A DNA stretch of 64,000 nt from Eledone cirrhosa. Its lineage: Eukaryota. Location: positions 87,668,001-87,732,000 of the forward strand of contig OZ024745.1 in the NCBI GenBank assembly GCA_964016885.1. The letters are read 5' to 3'. Each line of letters starts with the position of its first letter. The first letter of the stretch is position 1. The notes beneath the pieces were generated by a model that was given only the letters and a program-made list of their open reading frames with translations, was not told the origin of the DNA and did not search any database. This document shows, piece by piece, positions 39,770 through 53,191 of this stretch. A program made the position numbers and the translations under genes.

Positions 39770-41280
39770 CATACACCATAGCACCATATACAAAACGCAA
39801 ACACATAAAACATCACAACCTCCACTATATCAGAGCGCATCACAACAAAACACTAATAGGCATAAATCACAACCCACCCACAACAACTTACAAAACCGCA
39901 ACGGAGAGCCTGCAAACAGAAAAACCTCAAATTGTAAATTCCTGGATTCGAGTATGGTGTACCTGTGTACTGTAAATTCAGGCAACTCTACTAGGCACTA
40001 CATAGGTTCCACGGCTGAAGAATTCAAGAAAAGATGGTATATCCACAGACACTCCATGAAGAACCGTAGATTGGAGAACTCTACGACGCTCGCCAATAAA
40101 ATCTGGCAGCTTAAAAGCAAAAACCTAGAATATAAGATTAGCTGGTCAAAATTATCGGTAGTAAGGGCCTACAGCAATGGAACGTCCCACTGCGGACTTT
40201 GTAATTTAGAACTACTCCATATTTTAACAGAAAAATAGAAAGATCAATTTTCTGTAGGCATAAAATATCTACCAGATTCACAAACTTCAAACCACCATGA
40301 TTTCAACCAGCAGTCCTAAAATTAAAACTGAACCACCTAGATTTTAACATATAGAATACACACCATCACATTGCTATTAGCTGTCAAACGGCCAACTGGT
40401 CACTGGATCATAAATCTCTGAACACCTCTTTCACCCTCTTTCTCTGAAACAGCATCAACCCCATTAAGATAGAACAATCAGCAAAATATTTACAACACAC
40501 GTCTGTCAAACCTCCCTTCACAATCCACCCCTAGCCCGTAAATCTCATACTTGTATCCCCCAATTAATCTCTAATTTATTGCTCTTTTTCTCTTTTCTTT
40601 TATCTGTCACTACATCAGACCCTCTACACGTATCTATGTATATTTCGAATTTGATTTTTCATGTTAGCACTAAACCCACTAAAGAATCCTTATAAGAACA
40701 CTTACTCACCACCACCACAAACATACTCTGTACTTATATGCTCTCACTTATTCTTATTTCTTTCTTTATATTTTACATTTTCTTATTTTCTTACTTTTTT
40801 AATGTATCCTATCTTATCTTTTACGTTTTACTTTTTACATCTGTAACTTCTCTACCTATTTACCATAAATACTTTATTATCGATGTTATTGTTTTGATTA
40901 TATGCTACTCTTCTATATATTTCTTGCCTCGAGTGAAATATTTTTATATCTACGTACTCTGATGTGTTGATCAGAAGTAAATAATGTATTGGAGATCGAT
41001 TGACGCAACTTCAAGCGATTAGCGACCTCTAGACTCACCTGATCAATGAAACAATTGTCAGTACTTGAAATAAAGCCCCTTATTGTACAGCCAACCATGT
41101 TACTCTTCATTCTTTCACTATTATTACTCCAAGTATGACCTGCGTAGGAATTACGTGAACTCGCTGCATAACTATGGAAACATCTTGTTGAATTAAACAA
41201 AGCCGTACGTTAAAACTATCCACGACGCAGAGTACTCACAACGCCTAACTGGATTACCTATAACGATAACTTGTTATGCC
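39770..41280 (+). mobile_element. 5'-truncated Penelope-like element: GIY-YIG fragment + 3' UTR/pLTR ending at (AT)n
   Basis: VYLCTV..HYIGSTAEEFKKRW..CGLCNLE (39954-40238). Terminal segment 40975-41280 is homologous to 59590-59900. Confidence 0.82.
40954..41064 (+). ncRNA. Hammerhead motif with a long stem II insertion (core A9 changed to U)
   Basis: gtact CTGATGT gttgatcag..(about 65 nt)..ctgatcaat GAAA CAATTG TC / agtac. Confidence 0.7.
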
Positions 41281-41422
41281 ATATATATATATAGTAATAA
41301 GAATATTTATATTTATATATGTTTGATAGTACTACCTTACATATTTATAGTTATAAGTACTAGCCGGTTACCGGTATGACAAAAGGCTCCATGCAAATTT
41401 TCAAGTGTTTTACAGAGCCGAG

Positions 41423-41884
41423 ATACAAAGTGTTAAAATGATTAAATTTTAGTTTAGAACATTTATTTGCTGACAATTGTTTCTTCCAGAGGGAAGTCTG
41501 GATACATCGGACATAAGGAATGTCGAAACATGTAACTGAAATCATAGTCATTTAGAACATTTAGGATACATAATTGTTAGTAGTGTCAAAGGCATCATGT
41601 GGAGAGTCAGGAGTTAAAAACATGTTCTGCTTGTAATTAAAAAGATGTTTTGCTAGATGTGGTGCCTGTAATTGTTCTTTCAAGTAGAACATCTTTTTAA
41701 CTCCTAGCTCTCAACATGATGCCTTTGACACTAATAACAATGTACCCTTAATATTCTAAATGACTAGGAAGTTAATTACATGTCTCGACATTCCTTATGC
41801 TCCGATGAAACCAGATTTGCCTCTGGAAGAAACAATTGTCAGCAAATAAATGTTCTAACCTAAAATTTGATCGTTTTAACACTT

Positions 41885-41889
<5 letters not shown>
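41423..41889. repeat. Fold-back palindrome with a hammerhead-like motif in each arm (plus copy 41798-41844, CCGATGA core)
   Basis: atacaaagtgttaaaa pairs with ttttaacactttgtat; tgct CCGATGA aaccaga..tctggaa GAAA CAATTG TC / agca. Confidence 0.85.
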
Positions 41890-43275
<1,386 letters not shown>

Positions 43276-43364
43276 GTTTTAACCTGATAATGGGGTCTAG
43301 AATCCTCAGATAAATGTAAAAAGATGAGTATTGACGTACATATATATATATTTATAATTATATA

Positions 43365-43434
<70 letters not shown>

Positions 43435-43560
43435 AAGTTTTATTTAAATTGTTGGGTTACAACGAGTAAATATTTATAACTGATATAAAAGCACTCAACA
43501 AGTATTTGGAGTATATTTACGATATTAAATAAATGGAAACTATATTTATAAAACCATATT

Positions 43561-43626
43561 TATTTCATTATATATATTTCAGGGATATCATATTAAAAAT
43601 ATGGTATGCCTTCTTCAGACAAAATA
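43561..43626 (-). ncRNA. Type I hammerhead motif in the 3' terminus of the PLE
   Basis: tattttgt CTGAAGA aggcatacc..gatatccct GAAA tatata TA / atgaaata. Confidence 0.75.
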
Positions 43627-44305
43627 CAATATAAACAGTCTTATAAATAGATAGATTTGACATACCTTACAACTTCAACTTCCATTTAAAAAGTTGATTT
43701 GGTAGTGAAAAATGTTAGGGACAGTTATAAAAAGAAAGAAAGAAAGAAAGCGAAGAAAAAGAAGAAATGCATGCAACGAAAAACAGAGAGAGATATAGAT
43801 ATAGAGAGATAGATAGAGAGAAGAAATTCATGCAAAGAAAAAACAGAGAGAGATAGATAGAGAGAGAAAAAAACACAGAGGGAGATAGATAGAGAGAGAG
43901 AGAGAAGAGAGAGAGAAAAAATAGAGAGAGAGAGAGAAGAGAGAGAGAAAAAATAGAGAGAGATAGATATATATAGAGATAGAGAGAAAGAAAATAGGTA
44001 GTTGGGCACCAGTTGAATGACGTATCAATGATATATTTATTTATTTATTTAGTTCTAGTATTAAGGTAGAGAGAGATATATGTGGTTAGGAGAGAAAACA
44101 GCCGTTACATAGAGAGAAAAGAAAAATATCCAGAGATAAACGAGGCAGATTTAAAACATTATGTTTCATCAATCTAAAAATATCAATTCGTATGAATTAG
44201 GTATTATAATGTAAATATCAGTATTCATGAATGAGACACGTATCAATAATGTGTGAAAAATAATGATCATATGTCTAGTTTAAAATTCCTAGGTTTATAC
44301 CAGAA

Positions 44306-44425
44306 CAGATAAAAACTGAGATAAAAAAAACTGAGATAAAAAAAACTGAGATAAAAAACTGAGATAAAAACTGAGATAAAAAAACTGAGATAAAAAAACA
44401 GATAAAAAACTGAGATAAAAAAAAC
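44306..44425 (+). repeat. Minisatellite (ctgagataaaaaa)n, 12-14-bp unit, about 9 copies
   Basis: Read directly from the sequence. Confidence 0.9.
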
Positions 44426-45136
44426 AAACTTATATATGCACTTTCATGAAAAAAAAAAAGAAAAAGAAAGTAGAAGGTTATCCCAGATTCGATACTATAG
44501 ACTTCCATGTGAATTTACGTGATCAACTCTGCAAATTCCTATTTCACATGAAAACATTCTCATTGTGCTATAAAAATCTAGTATACATATATGTGTACAT
44601 ACACACAAATATATATAGAATCTACATTAATTTTAACAATACTATTCTTGTCTTTACTCTACATGATTATCGTTCAAGCATAAATAGACAACAGATATCA
44701 ATATATCAATAAAAATATCAAAAAATTAAAAATATTAAAAATATTAAAAATATTAAAAATAAAACACAGTATGCCCCGCAAATCAACCACAGAGATCAAC
44801 CCTTCAAAATTAATTAACAATATATTGCCAAGTTCATTATAAGCATCAGAATCAAAAGCAAACAAAACCAAAATTATTTACCAAATCCTGTCTAGCAGAA
44901 ATCATTCCAAAAGTTTAGGATACCCATTTGATCTACAGATGGTCTTATATTTATTATAGAAGTGTATCTAGTGTAAAATTTATTCGATATATTTGGAGCA
45001 TCAGCTTTTAGGGTAGTTTAATTATTCATGAAGAATGTTTAAAAAAAAAAAAAAAAAAAAAAAAGAAAGAAAAAGAAAGAAATCGAAAGATTTATCGGCG
45101 AGTTTCATAAATAATTATAAATCCTAAGTAAATATA

Positions 45137-47026
45137 CTACATTTTAAATTTATATTTATATTTAAAAGTTGAGTTCAATCTATGTCTGCAGCAACTGAAT
45201 AAATTTGTCCGTAAATTAAGGGAATTTTTAGATTTTAGTATAAAGAATATCTCCTCCGCGCAGAGGACACATGTCTCAGAGGATGAATTAAAAGGAATCC
45301 CTCTTGAGACTATATTCCAAGCCGTCGAATATCCAACGTTATCATGCTTAAGTTGCCAGAGTAAGCCTGATAGTGATGTTGAAGATTTTTTGCTTGGATC
45401 TGTGAAAGAATTCTTGTGGTTATTATAGCGAAGTTTAAATTCTGTCGAGGTGGAACCAACATAGTTAAAAGAATTTAAGTCTGTTTTAACATTACAATTG
45501 TATATTATATTTTTAACTAAGCAATTGTTATTTAACGGACATTTAGATCTATCTCTACAGTTACATTTGTTTACTTGGATATTATTTATGCTATTATCGG
45601 TATTTTGGCTAGGTTTTAAATTCCTATTATTTATTCTATTAATATTTTGTGCTAAGTTTTTGGTGGATGAGTAAGTTAATTTTATAGTATGTCTATTGAA
45701 AATTGAGTGATACCTATGTGTTCTAGGGAAGCGATTATCAAGAGCATTAAAAAATAGTTTAGCGATGTGGGTTTTAATGTTTAGTGAGAAAGGGGGGGGG
45801 GGGTCAAACCATATTATATTCCTAGTTCTATTTCTGTTTTGGCTTTTGGAATTATTGTAATGCTTTCTATTATAGTTGTTAAAGTTGTTGCCGTAATTAA
45901 AATTGTTGTTATTTTGGTTAGTTTGTCTATTATTATCTATGTACATAATTTTATCACTATATCCTGCTCTAGCTAACGCTTCATTGTAATACTGGGCTTT
46001 TTCGTCGAAAATCTTTTTATTAGATGAGATTCTAGAGATACGTTTTTGAACAGAGTTCACTATAGTATTTTTAACAGATCTGGGGTGGTTAGAGTTAAAA
46101 CTGACATAGTTTAAGTTTTCATTCAATTTGTGAAATGGATAGTGAAGACATGTGTTGAGATTTAATGTTACATCTAGGAAATTAACTATTCTATGGTTAT
46201 TCTCAATTTCTATTTTTAGATTAAAGTAATTAAAAAATTGTGTAATTTGTTTTCTTTTTCTATTTAGTTCGGAGTTATTATTTTCAATAAGTAAAAGCAT
46301 GTCATCTCTATATAAACCTCCGGTAGCACCGGGTATTTTCCTATGCAGCGAATTGATTATAAATAGGCCCACAAGGACAGTTACCTGAGCTGAGTCGGAT
46401 GATCCCATAGTAATGTCGAAATTGTTATCTCTATCTGCTCTGGTCCATAGTTGGTCATTAAATTCTATCAATGTTTTCCTAGCCGATAATATAATGTGCA
46501 TTTCATTGCTAGTTAGGTCTGTATGTTTGAATGCGTAATTTAGTGCCTTATTTAGTAGATTAGGGGTAATAGATGAATAATAGTTAGCAATATCTAGTTG
46601 AATAAATTTATTATTATTGTTATATTTAATTTCTTTAAACCACTCAATGACCTCTCCAGTTCCCTTCCACAAGCTCAAGTTAGGTAAACAATTCAAGTTT
46701 TTAATTTGCTGTATCACCCTGTCTAGAATGTTTTTGCTTAGTTTACCCAGGTCAGATTTTGATGGTGCAATCAATCTGACTGGCAGGTCATTTTCAAAAT
46801 TTCTTTTGTGATCTTTCATATTGATCTTCGGTTTCCTGGGCACGAAAGGTTGTGTTTTGTTCTCAATTTCCAACTCATGCATTATACAAGATGCCTCAAC
46901 ATTCATTTTCTCAAGCTCGGCCTTATCTGCTACCTTGTACTTTTTCCTCAGTTCTTTCAGTATGAGGCCATTATACATGTCTTTTTGCACTCCATAGAGG
47001 TTGTTGGTCTTGTCAGATTTCACCAA
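45137..47026 (-). CDS. Penelope-like reverse transcriptase + C-terminal GIY-YIG endonuclease, uninterrupted 629-aa frame (N-terminus truncated near 47150)
   Basis: SDKTNNLY, KDHK, PVRLIAPSKSDLG, DIANYYSSI, FDITMGSSDSAQV, GLYRDD, NFLDVTL, SNHP, IIWFDPPPPFS, CNCR..CPL..CL, IIYNCNV..YVGST, CVLCAEE, CRHR. Confidence 0.92.
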   Translation of the reverse strand: MVKSDKTNNLYGVQKDMYNGLILKELRKKYKVADKAELEKMNVEASCIMHELEIENKTQPFVPRKPKINMKDHKRNFENDLPVRLIAPSKSDLGKLSKNILDRVIQQIKNLNCLPNLSLWKGTGEVIEWFKEIKYNNNNKFIQLDIANYYSSITPNLLNKALNYAFKHTDLTSNEMHIILSARKTLIEFNDQLWTRADRDNNFDITMGSSDSAQVTVLVGLFIINSLHRKIPGATGGLYRDDMLLLIENNNSELNRKRKQITQFFNYFNLKIEIENNHRIVNFLDVTLNLNTCLHYPFHKLNENLNYVSFNSNHPRSVKNTIVNSVQKRISRISSNKKIFDEKAQYYNEALARAGYSDKIMYIDNNRQTNQNNNNFNYGNNFNNYNRKHYNNSKSQNRNRTRNIIWFDPPPPFSLNIKTHIAKLFFNALDNRFPRTHRYHSIFNRHTIKLTYSSTKNLAQNINRINNRNLKPSQNTDNSINNIQVNKCNCRDRSKCPLNNNCLVKNIIYNCNVKTDLNSFNYVGSTSTEFKLRYNNHKNSFTDPSKKSSTSLSGLLWQLKHDNVGYSTAWNIVSRGIPFNSSSETCVLCAEEIFFILKSKNSLNLRTNLFSCCRHRLNSTFKYKYKFKM

Positions 47027-47764
47027 GATCTTCTCAGTTTTCTCTAAGCTCTCAATATTATCCTTAATGCTTTTCAGATATTCCTGGCCTTTGAAGTTTC
47101 TCTTGAATTTGACTCCTTGTATGATAGAAATTATATATTTTAAGTTTATACCATTACTTATTGTAGAGGTATGTTTTGTGAAGGCACGTATACTTTCTCG
47201 TACTCTTATTTGCTTGTATATGTTATAGGCGTATATATTATATTATATATACTGGTACATGTGCATATCGTTGTAGGTTACGTGAATTTTGCGTTTGTGT
47301 GAGTATGCCGGTTCGCACGTATGTAGGTTGTGTGTATATGTCTACATTGTGTTTTTGTTGACGTACGTTTAGCGAACATATGTGTATTTACATGTAGGTA
47401 TGTGTGTGCGCGCATTATATACGTATTTATGTGTGTATATTTATATACGTCGATATAATTATAAGTATACACGCACACACACACACACATATATATATTT
47501 TTTTTAAAATATATATTTTTATGTGTATTTGGTGTATACCTTAGTATGTGTGCGGGTACAGGCGTTGCGTGGGTTCTGTATGTGCACGCGTGTTTTTGTG
47601 TAGGTGCTTGTATCTGCATACCCATGGCGGGTGTTTTCGCGTATGCATGTGTATGTACGTATATGGATGCGTGCATGTATATATTTAATTTTTGTTGATT
47701 TCAATAACCTCTGTAATTTATTTACATTATTCTTAACTCTAAAGCCGAGAATCATTCGGTTTCC

Positions 47765-48040
47765 TAAATAGAATTTTAATCTACGAATTCATTTATACCA
47801 TAAACGTGGTTTTGTCTTTGCGTGTAATTGTTCTCAACGCTCCACATAATGACGTATTATCTTCGTTTTTTGCGTTCTTTGCCAGGGAACGTCTCTACCA
47901 AGCACTTAAATAGAATATTAGTCTACGACTTCATTTATACCATAAACGTGGTTTTGTCTATGCAGGTAATTGTTCCCAACGATCCAAATAATGACGTATT
48001 ATCCTCGGTTTTTTTTCGTTCTTTGCCAGGGAACGTCTTC
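47765..48040 (+). repeat. Tandem duplication of about 140 bp
   Basis: taaatagaat..ttcatttataccataaacgtggttttgtct..ctttgccagggaacgtct occurs twice. Confidence 0.88.
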
Positions 48041-48246
48041 GCGAACCAAAGTATCGTCTAGATGTCTTCTTTTGGTTGCAATTTTTTTAGAAATATTTAG
48101 TTCTGCGTTCACAGATTGATTTGTTTAGTTTCAGAAGATCCCGTTAAGAGTGAAAGCAGCGATTCTTTGCTTAAACTTTAATCTGTTATTTTAATAAATA
48201 TAAATATTCATATATATATATATATATTCATATATATATAAATATA

Positions 48247-48318
<72 letters not shown>

Positions 48319-49019
48319 TATATATATAAATATATTCATATATATAAATATATTCATATATATAAATATATTCATATATATATATATATATATATTCATA
48401 TATACAATAAGGTATGTCCATAGAATCATTTGATAAAATATATACATCATTTCCTCTCTCAATCAGCAAAATCAACGACACAAAAAACAATTAAACAAGG
48501 CTATATGATTAAAAGGTACCTATGAAGAAATAATAGATAAATAAAAGACAGCTATCCATCCGCGATCAACAGCTATAGAATATTTACCCACCATTTCTAA
48601 TAGCACGCGGAAATCGATTACATATCTCGTCAACCATACGCAATTAGGTATAAAATCAAAGTTAGGAGAAAAAGTGTATATAAGCATACCAAAATTATGT
48701 TTCTACCCCAAGAGATTTCATTCGCTTTTTGGAAATATCCGATCACGGATAAATTCACGAGTTTCGAAATCATCAGGAAACAAAATCACTTAGACGAAGA
48801 TTTTTCTTAAATGATCCCCGCCAGAAACGAATTCAAAAAGGCTAAGAACTGTGACGTGGCAGTGGTCAAGTCAGAAAGAATGTGATTGGTGCCTTACGGC
48901 GAGTGGACTGGTTGCTAGAAAGCACAGCCTAATACTGCCTAAATTGCATCTCAACCATATATATATATATTCATATTAATTCAAAATATTAACAAAAATA
49001 TACATTCGTGTGATCAAGA

Positions 49020-49086
49020 TATTTTATTATACATATTTCAGAGGTACTGAGTTATCTTTAACAGTACGTCCTCATCAAATAAAATA
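49020..49086 (-). ncRNA. Hammerhead motif, C3 changed to U
   Basis: tattttat TTGATGA ggacgtactg..cagtacctct GAAA tatgta TA / ataaaata. Confidence 0.65.
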
Positions 49087-49801
49087 AGATGATGCATAAC
49101 ATACCCTGACATAGTAGATGGTTAAGATTCAGTCATGGTAGTGAATATGATGTCCCACGACTCAATATTTATATACCTTAAAATTGAGACATGAAAAAAC
49201 TTACATATAATACAGAGGGTGCGTGTGAGAAAGCTTAAAAATACATAATAGCAGTTTACATAACTGTTACAGATTCAAATAATTTAAATTATTGAAGAAA
49301 GAAGAAAGAAATAAGAAAGACAGAGAGAAACAGATGAGGAAAAAATATAGTTACTAGAAGTATAGAAAGCAAAACAGAATTGATCAAGGATAGATAGACA
49401 AAAGGGAAATCATTTTTATAGTAAAAGCATAGATAAAATACATGAATATACATTTGGCCATACCTTTGTGAAAGAGTAAACTCAGATCTTTGAATTATCT
49501 AGAAGTATCCATCTATCTAAATATTAAATATATATGGGTGTAATTATATGAGGTTTTAATTTAGAGTCCTCAATTAATAAGAAATATACTAACAATTATG
49601 TATACTCCATATATATCCAAAGTTATCCGGCTGACCGTTAAATTTCAAATTCCTTTTGTTAGTTCAGAATAAACTAAAGGTATAATATTTCAGGCTATAA
49701 AAGTTTATAAATGTCTATATTAATATTAAAGTATACTAACAATATCCAACCGATAAGGTATGATTTTCATGGGTATGTCTCTATTTATGAAACAGACTTC
49801 G

Positions 49802-49864
49802 TATTTTATCTGATGAAAGCGTACCAATGTGTCTTGGTTCCCTTGAAATATATATAATACAATA
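49802..49864 (+). ncRNA. Type I hammerhead motif
   Basis: tattttat CTGATGA aagcgtacca..tggttccctt GAAA tatata TA / atacaata. A truncated relative lies at 24594-24647. Confidence 0.72.
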
Positions 49865-49937
49865 AATATGGTTTTATAAATATATTTTCCATTTATTTAA
49901 TATCATATATGTATATATATATATTCATATATATATA

Positions 49938-50014
<77 letters not shown>

Positions 50015-50459
50015 GAAAGGTATAGAAAGTATTGTAGCAAGAAGCCAACAGTATTCCATAATATATAAGTGACTATAGCGTACAAATGGGAAAATAGTTA
50101 ACGTAAGATATGGGAAAAATAATTCAAACTCAATTCAAAAAGAATCAGGATATAGACTTATCCAACAGAATTTAGTGAAATCCAGGGAAAATCAATAGAG
50201 CCTTAACTCATGATTGAATAAAGTTAAAATATATATATATATATATATATATATAGGTAGGTAGGGAAGCAGAAAATTGCTTATTGTAATCCAGTTCGTT
50301 GTTATATTGTGTGCCTCGTTGTTGATGTTTATCAGTGCCGCCTCGTTAGTTGTTTTTGTATTTCCTATGTAATTCCTTCCGTATGAAGCTATTGTATGTA
50401 TTAATACGCATCGTATACACATTTGAGGTTTTGCCGCTTTGACAATAATTCCATTGGAT

Positions 50460-52882
50460 TACAATAAGCAATTTTCTTGTTCCCTAACTATATGATCCTT
50501 ATTGGTCGAGCAACCACCTAAACATACGGTACTACTATGGAAAAGCATTGCATAGGTATGTCCCTAAAGAACATTCCTTAACCTTTGAGAAAGGATTATA
50601 CCCTCGGAATGATACAGCAAACAAACGACTTCATACGCCGGGTTAGATGGAAAACTTTCCATGTCGATAAAGGACGTAACGGTCGCACCGTGGAATGCGA
50701 CAAGGAAACATACAGCTTCAAATCATGTAGGAACCCACCTACCAACCCTCAACTGGATGCCTTTGAACAGGACTTACTGAAGATGATTATGAATATCAAA
50801 TTCAAAAAGAGGAGGAATAATAAACTCCAGAATGACATAAATACATTCATAAAAAAGATGCGAGCCACCAATGGAATTATTGTCAAAGCGGACAAAATCT
50901 CAAATGTGTATACGATGGATATTAATACATACAATAGCATCATACGGAAGGAATTACATAGGAAATACAAAAAAAGAAACAATTAAATGGTTTAAAAATA
51001 TAGCTAACAAAAAAGTATCTAAGTTTATACAATTTGACATTAACGACTATTACTCCTCTATATCTCCCAACACCTTGGATAAAGCCTTAACATTCGCCAA
51101 AGCCAATTCTGACCTGACAGACGACGAGATAAAAATTATATTAGCAGCTAGTAAAACAATAATTACATTTGAAAACGCCTATTGAGAGCGTAAGGATAGA
51201 TTAAATAACTTCGACATCACGATGGGGGGCTAACGACTCGGTTCAAGTCACAGATTTAGTAGCCCATAATTTACAGAGGGAGTTTAGCCACCTTTACGGT
51301 GGAATCTAAAGAACCTAAATAACCAGAGCATAGAAAGACTGCGTACGAATATTAGAAAGAGTATCGGGAAACTGGGCCTTAGCATAACGTATGAATATAG
51401 CACTAAGATAGTTAACTTTCTAGACGCGACGCTTAACCTGAATACGGGACTTATAAGACCTTTACACAAGATTAATGAAAACTTAGCATACATCAACTGC
51501 AATTCGAACCACCCACTATCCATAATTAAATCCGTTCCCGCCTCTCGTCTAACCAACAAATCTTCGAGGAACATGCAGATTGCTACAATACCTCACTACA
51601 CAAGGCAGGCCACTTAGATAGAGTAGAATATATAGATGAAAGCCTCCGCAAAGCACACACGAACACGCACAACACAAACTCCAGAAACACACGCACACAC
51701 ACATTTACGCATAGAACTACAAATTATAATGAAAATAGAAATACAACATCGAAATCAAGCAAGTCACGCAGTAGAAAATATATTTGGTATAACCCCATAT
51801 TTAACACCTCTATTAGTACTAACCTACCCTCTACCTTCTTTATAATAATAAATAAGCACTTTCCAGATTCACATAGATACAGGAAAATCCTTAACACTAA
51901 ATCTATTAGACTATCTTACTCCACGGAACCAAACATAGAGGCACACATTAAGATGCTTAACGCTAAAAGGATACGTAACAACACCAGAACACAAATTTAT
52001 AACAATAACAATACAATTACCATTGAACACAACAGAATATCTAATACAGAACCACCCACTAATAGGCAAACAAGATGTAACACACTTGTACAGGCATCGC
52101 AGCCCACTAATAATGCCAAGGTTGCTCATGACAAGAATTGTAATTGCCACCTACCTGAACCCTGTCCATTACATAACGAATGTATGCAGTTAACCTGATT
52201 TACCAATGCACAGTGGAATCAGACAACCAGTGATGGTATTACATCGGAGCGACTGGGAAAACATTTAAGCTCGTTGGTATACACACCGTTACGCAATGAA
52301 ACATTCGCAGCATCGTTATGCAACTACCCTTGCGAACAAGACCTGGCAACTGAGGGAAAGTAACCATCAATACACCCTGAAGTGGAAAACATTATCGAAC
52401 GCGACCTCCTGTCGGAGTGGTATGAGAAGCTGTCGATTATGTGACCTTGAGCTGTTCCACATTTTGAGTTCGAAGAATCAGTTACTCAACAATAAAATCG
52501 AAAGATTGATTTATTGCAACCATAGACACAAAGAAAAGTTTTCGCACTACAAATGCAAATCGAACCCTTAACCTCTTACTACCACCTGACAAACTACATA
52601 TACTTACATTTTCTACCCTCTTACTGTATACAACCCCTTTAATTACCCACAAAAAGCAATACCTATATCCCTCCCTTCTCCTTCATTCCTTTTCTATTTC
52701 TGTTCATTTACTTCTTTCCTTCTCACTTCTTTTTTTTATGTATTTTCTTTTCTTCTCTCTCTCCCCCCTTTTATATATATATATATATATTTATTTATCT
52801 CTCTATCTCTCCCCCTCTCTCTCTCTCTTTCTCTCTCTCTCTCAATCCCTCCCTCCCACTATAAACAATTTTATTCTCTTTA
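50460..52882 (+). pseudogene. Degraded Penelope-like element (RT + GIY-YIG); 3' UTR interrupted by the Gypsy insertion and probably resuming at 57868-58290
   Basis: FIRRVRWKT, VKADK, FDINDYYSSISP, FDITMG, NFLDATL, CNCHLPEPCPL, WYYIGAT, CRLCDLE, CNHRHK. Confidence 0.88.
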
Positions 52883-53157
52883 TGTTGTATTCCTCTCGGT
52901 ACTCGCAGAGAAAACCCAACGAGTTATATCAAATAATTTGTGTAATTTGCGAAACAACCAAAACGCCCCTCCTCGCAGTAGCAGAATAACATAAAGTAAG
53001 TAAGTAGCAGTCTGTGACCGAGTTTTTAATACCAACGCTGACTGACTGCCCAGGTCACGTGATTCATATCAAATGTGTGAGCACGTGTAAATTGAATAGA
53101 AATTTAACAGTCCATACAACAATGAGGTTGTGAGTTCGATTCCCAGTCCATACAACA
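52883..53157 (-). repeat. 3' LTR (275 bp)
   Basis: tgttgtat...atacaaca terminal inverted ends. Confidence 0.95.
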
Positions 53158-53191
53158 CCTCCCCACCGAAATTGATGCGACAAAAGAAGCA

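Noticed and set aside
52190-52250. In-frame TGA read as selenocysteine in a PLE endonuclease
   Set aside because: The TGA is not at a conserved Cys position, the copy has many other lesions, and the intact ORF has no internal TGA.
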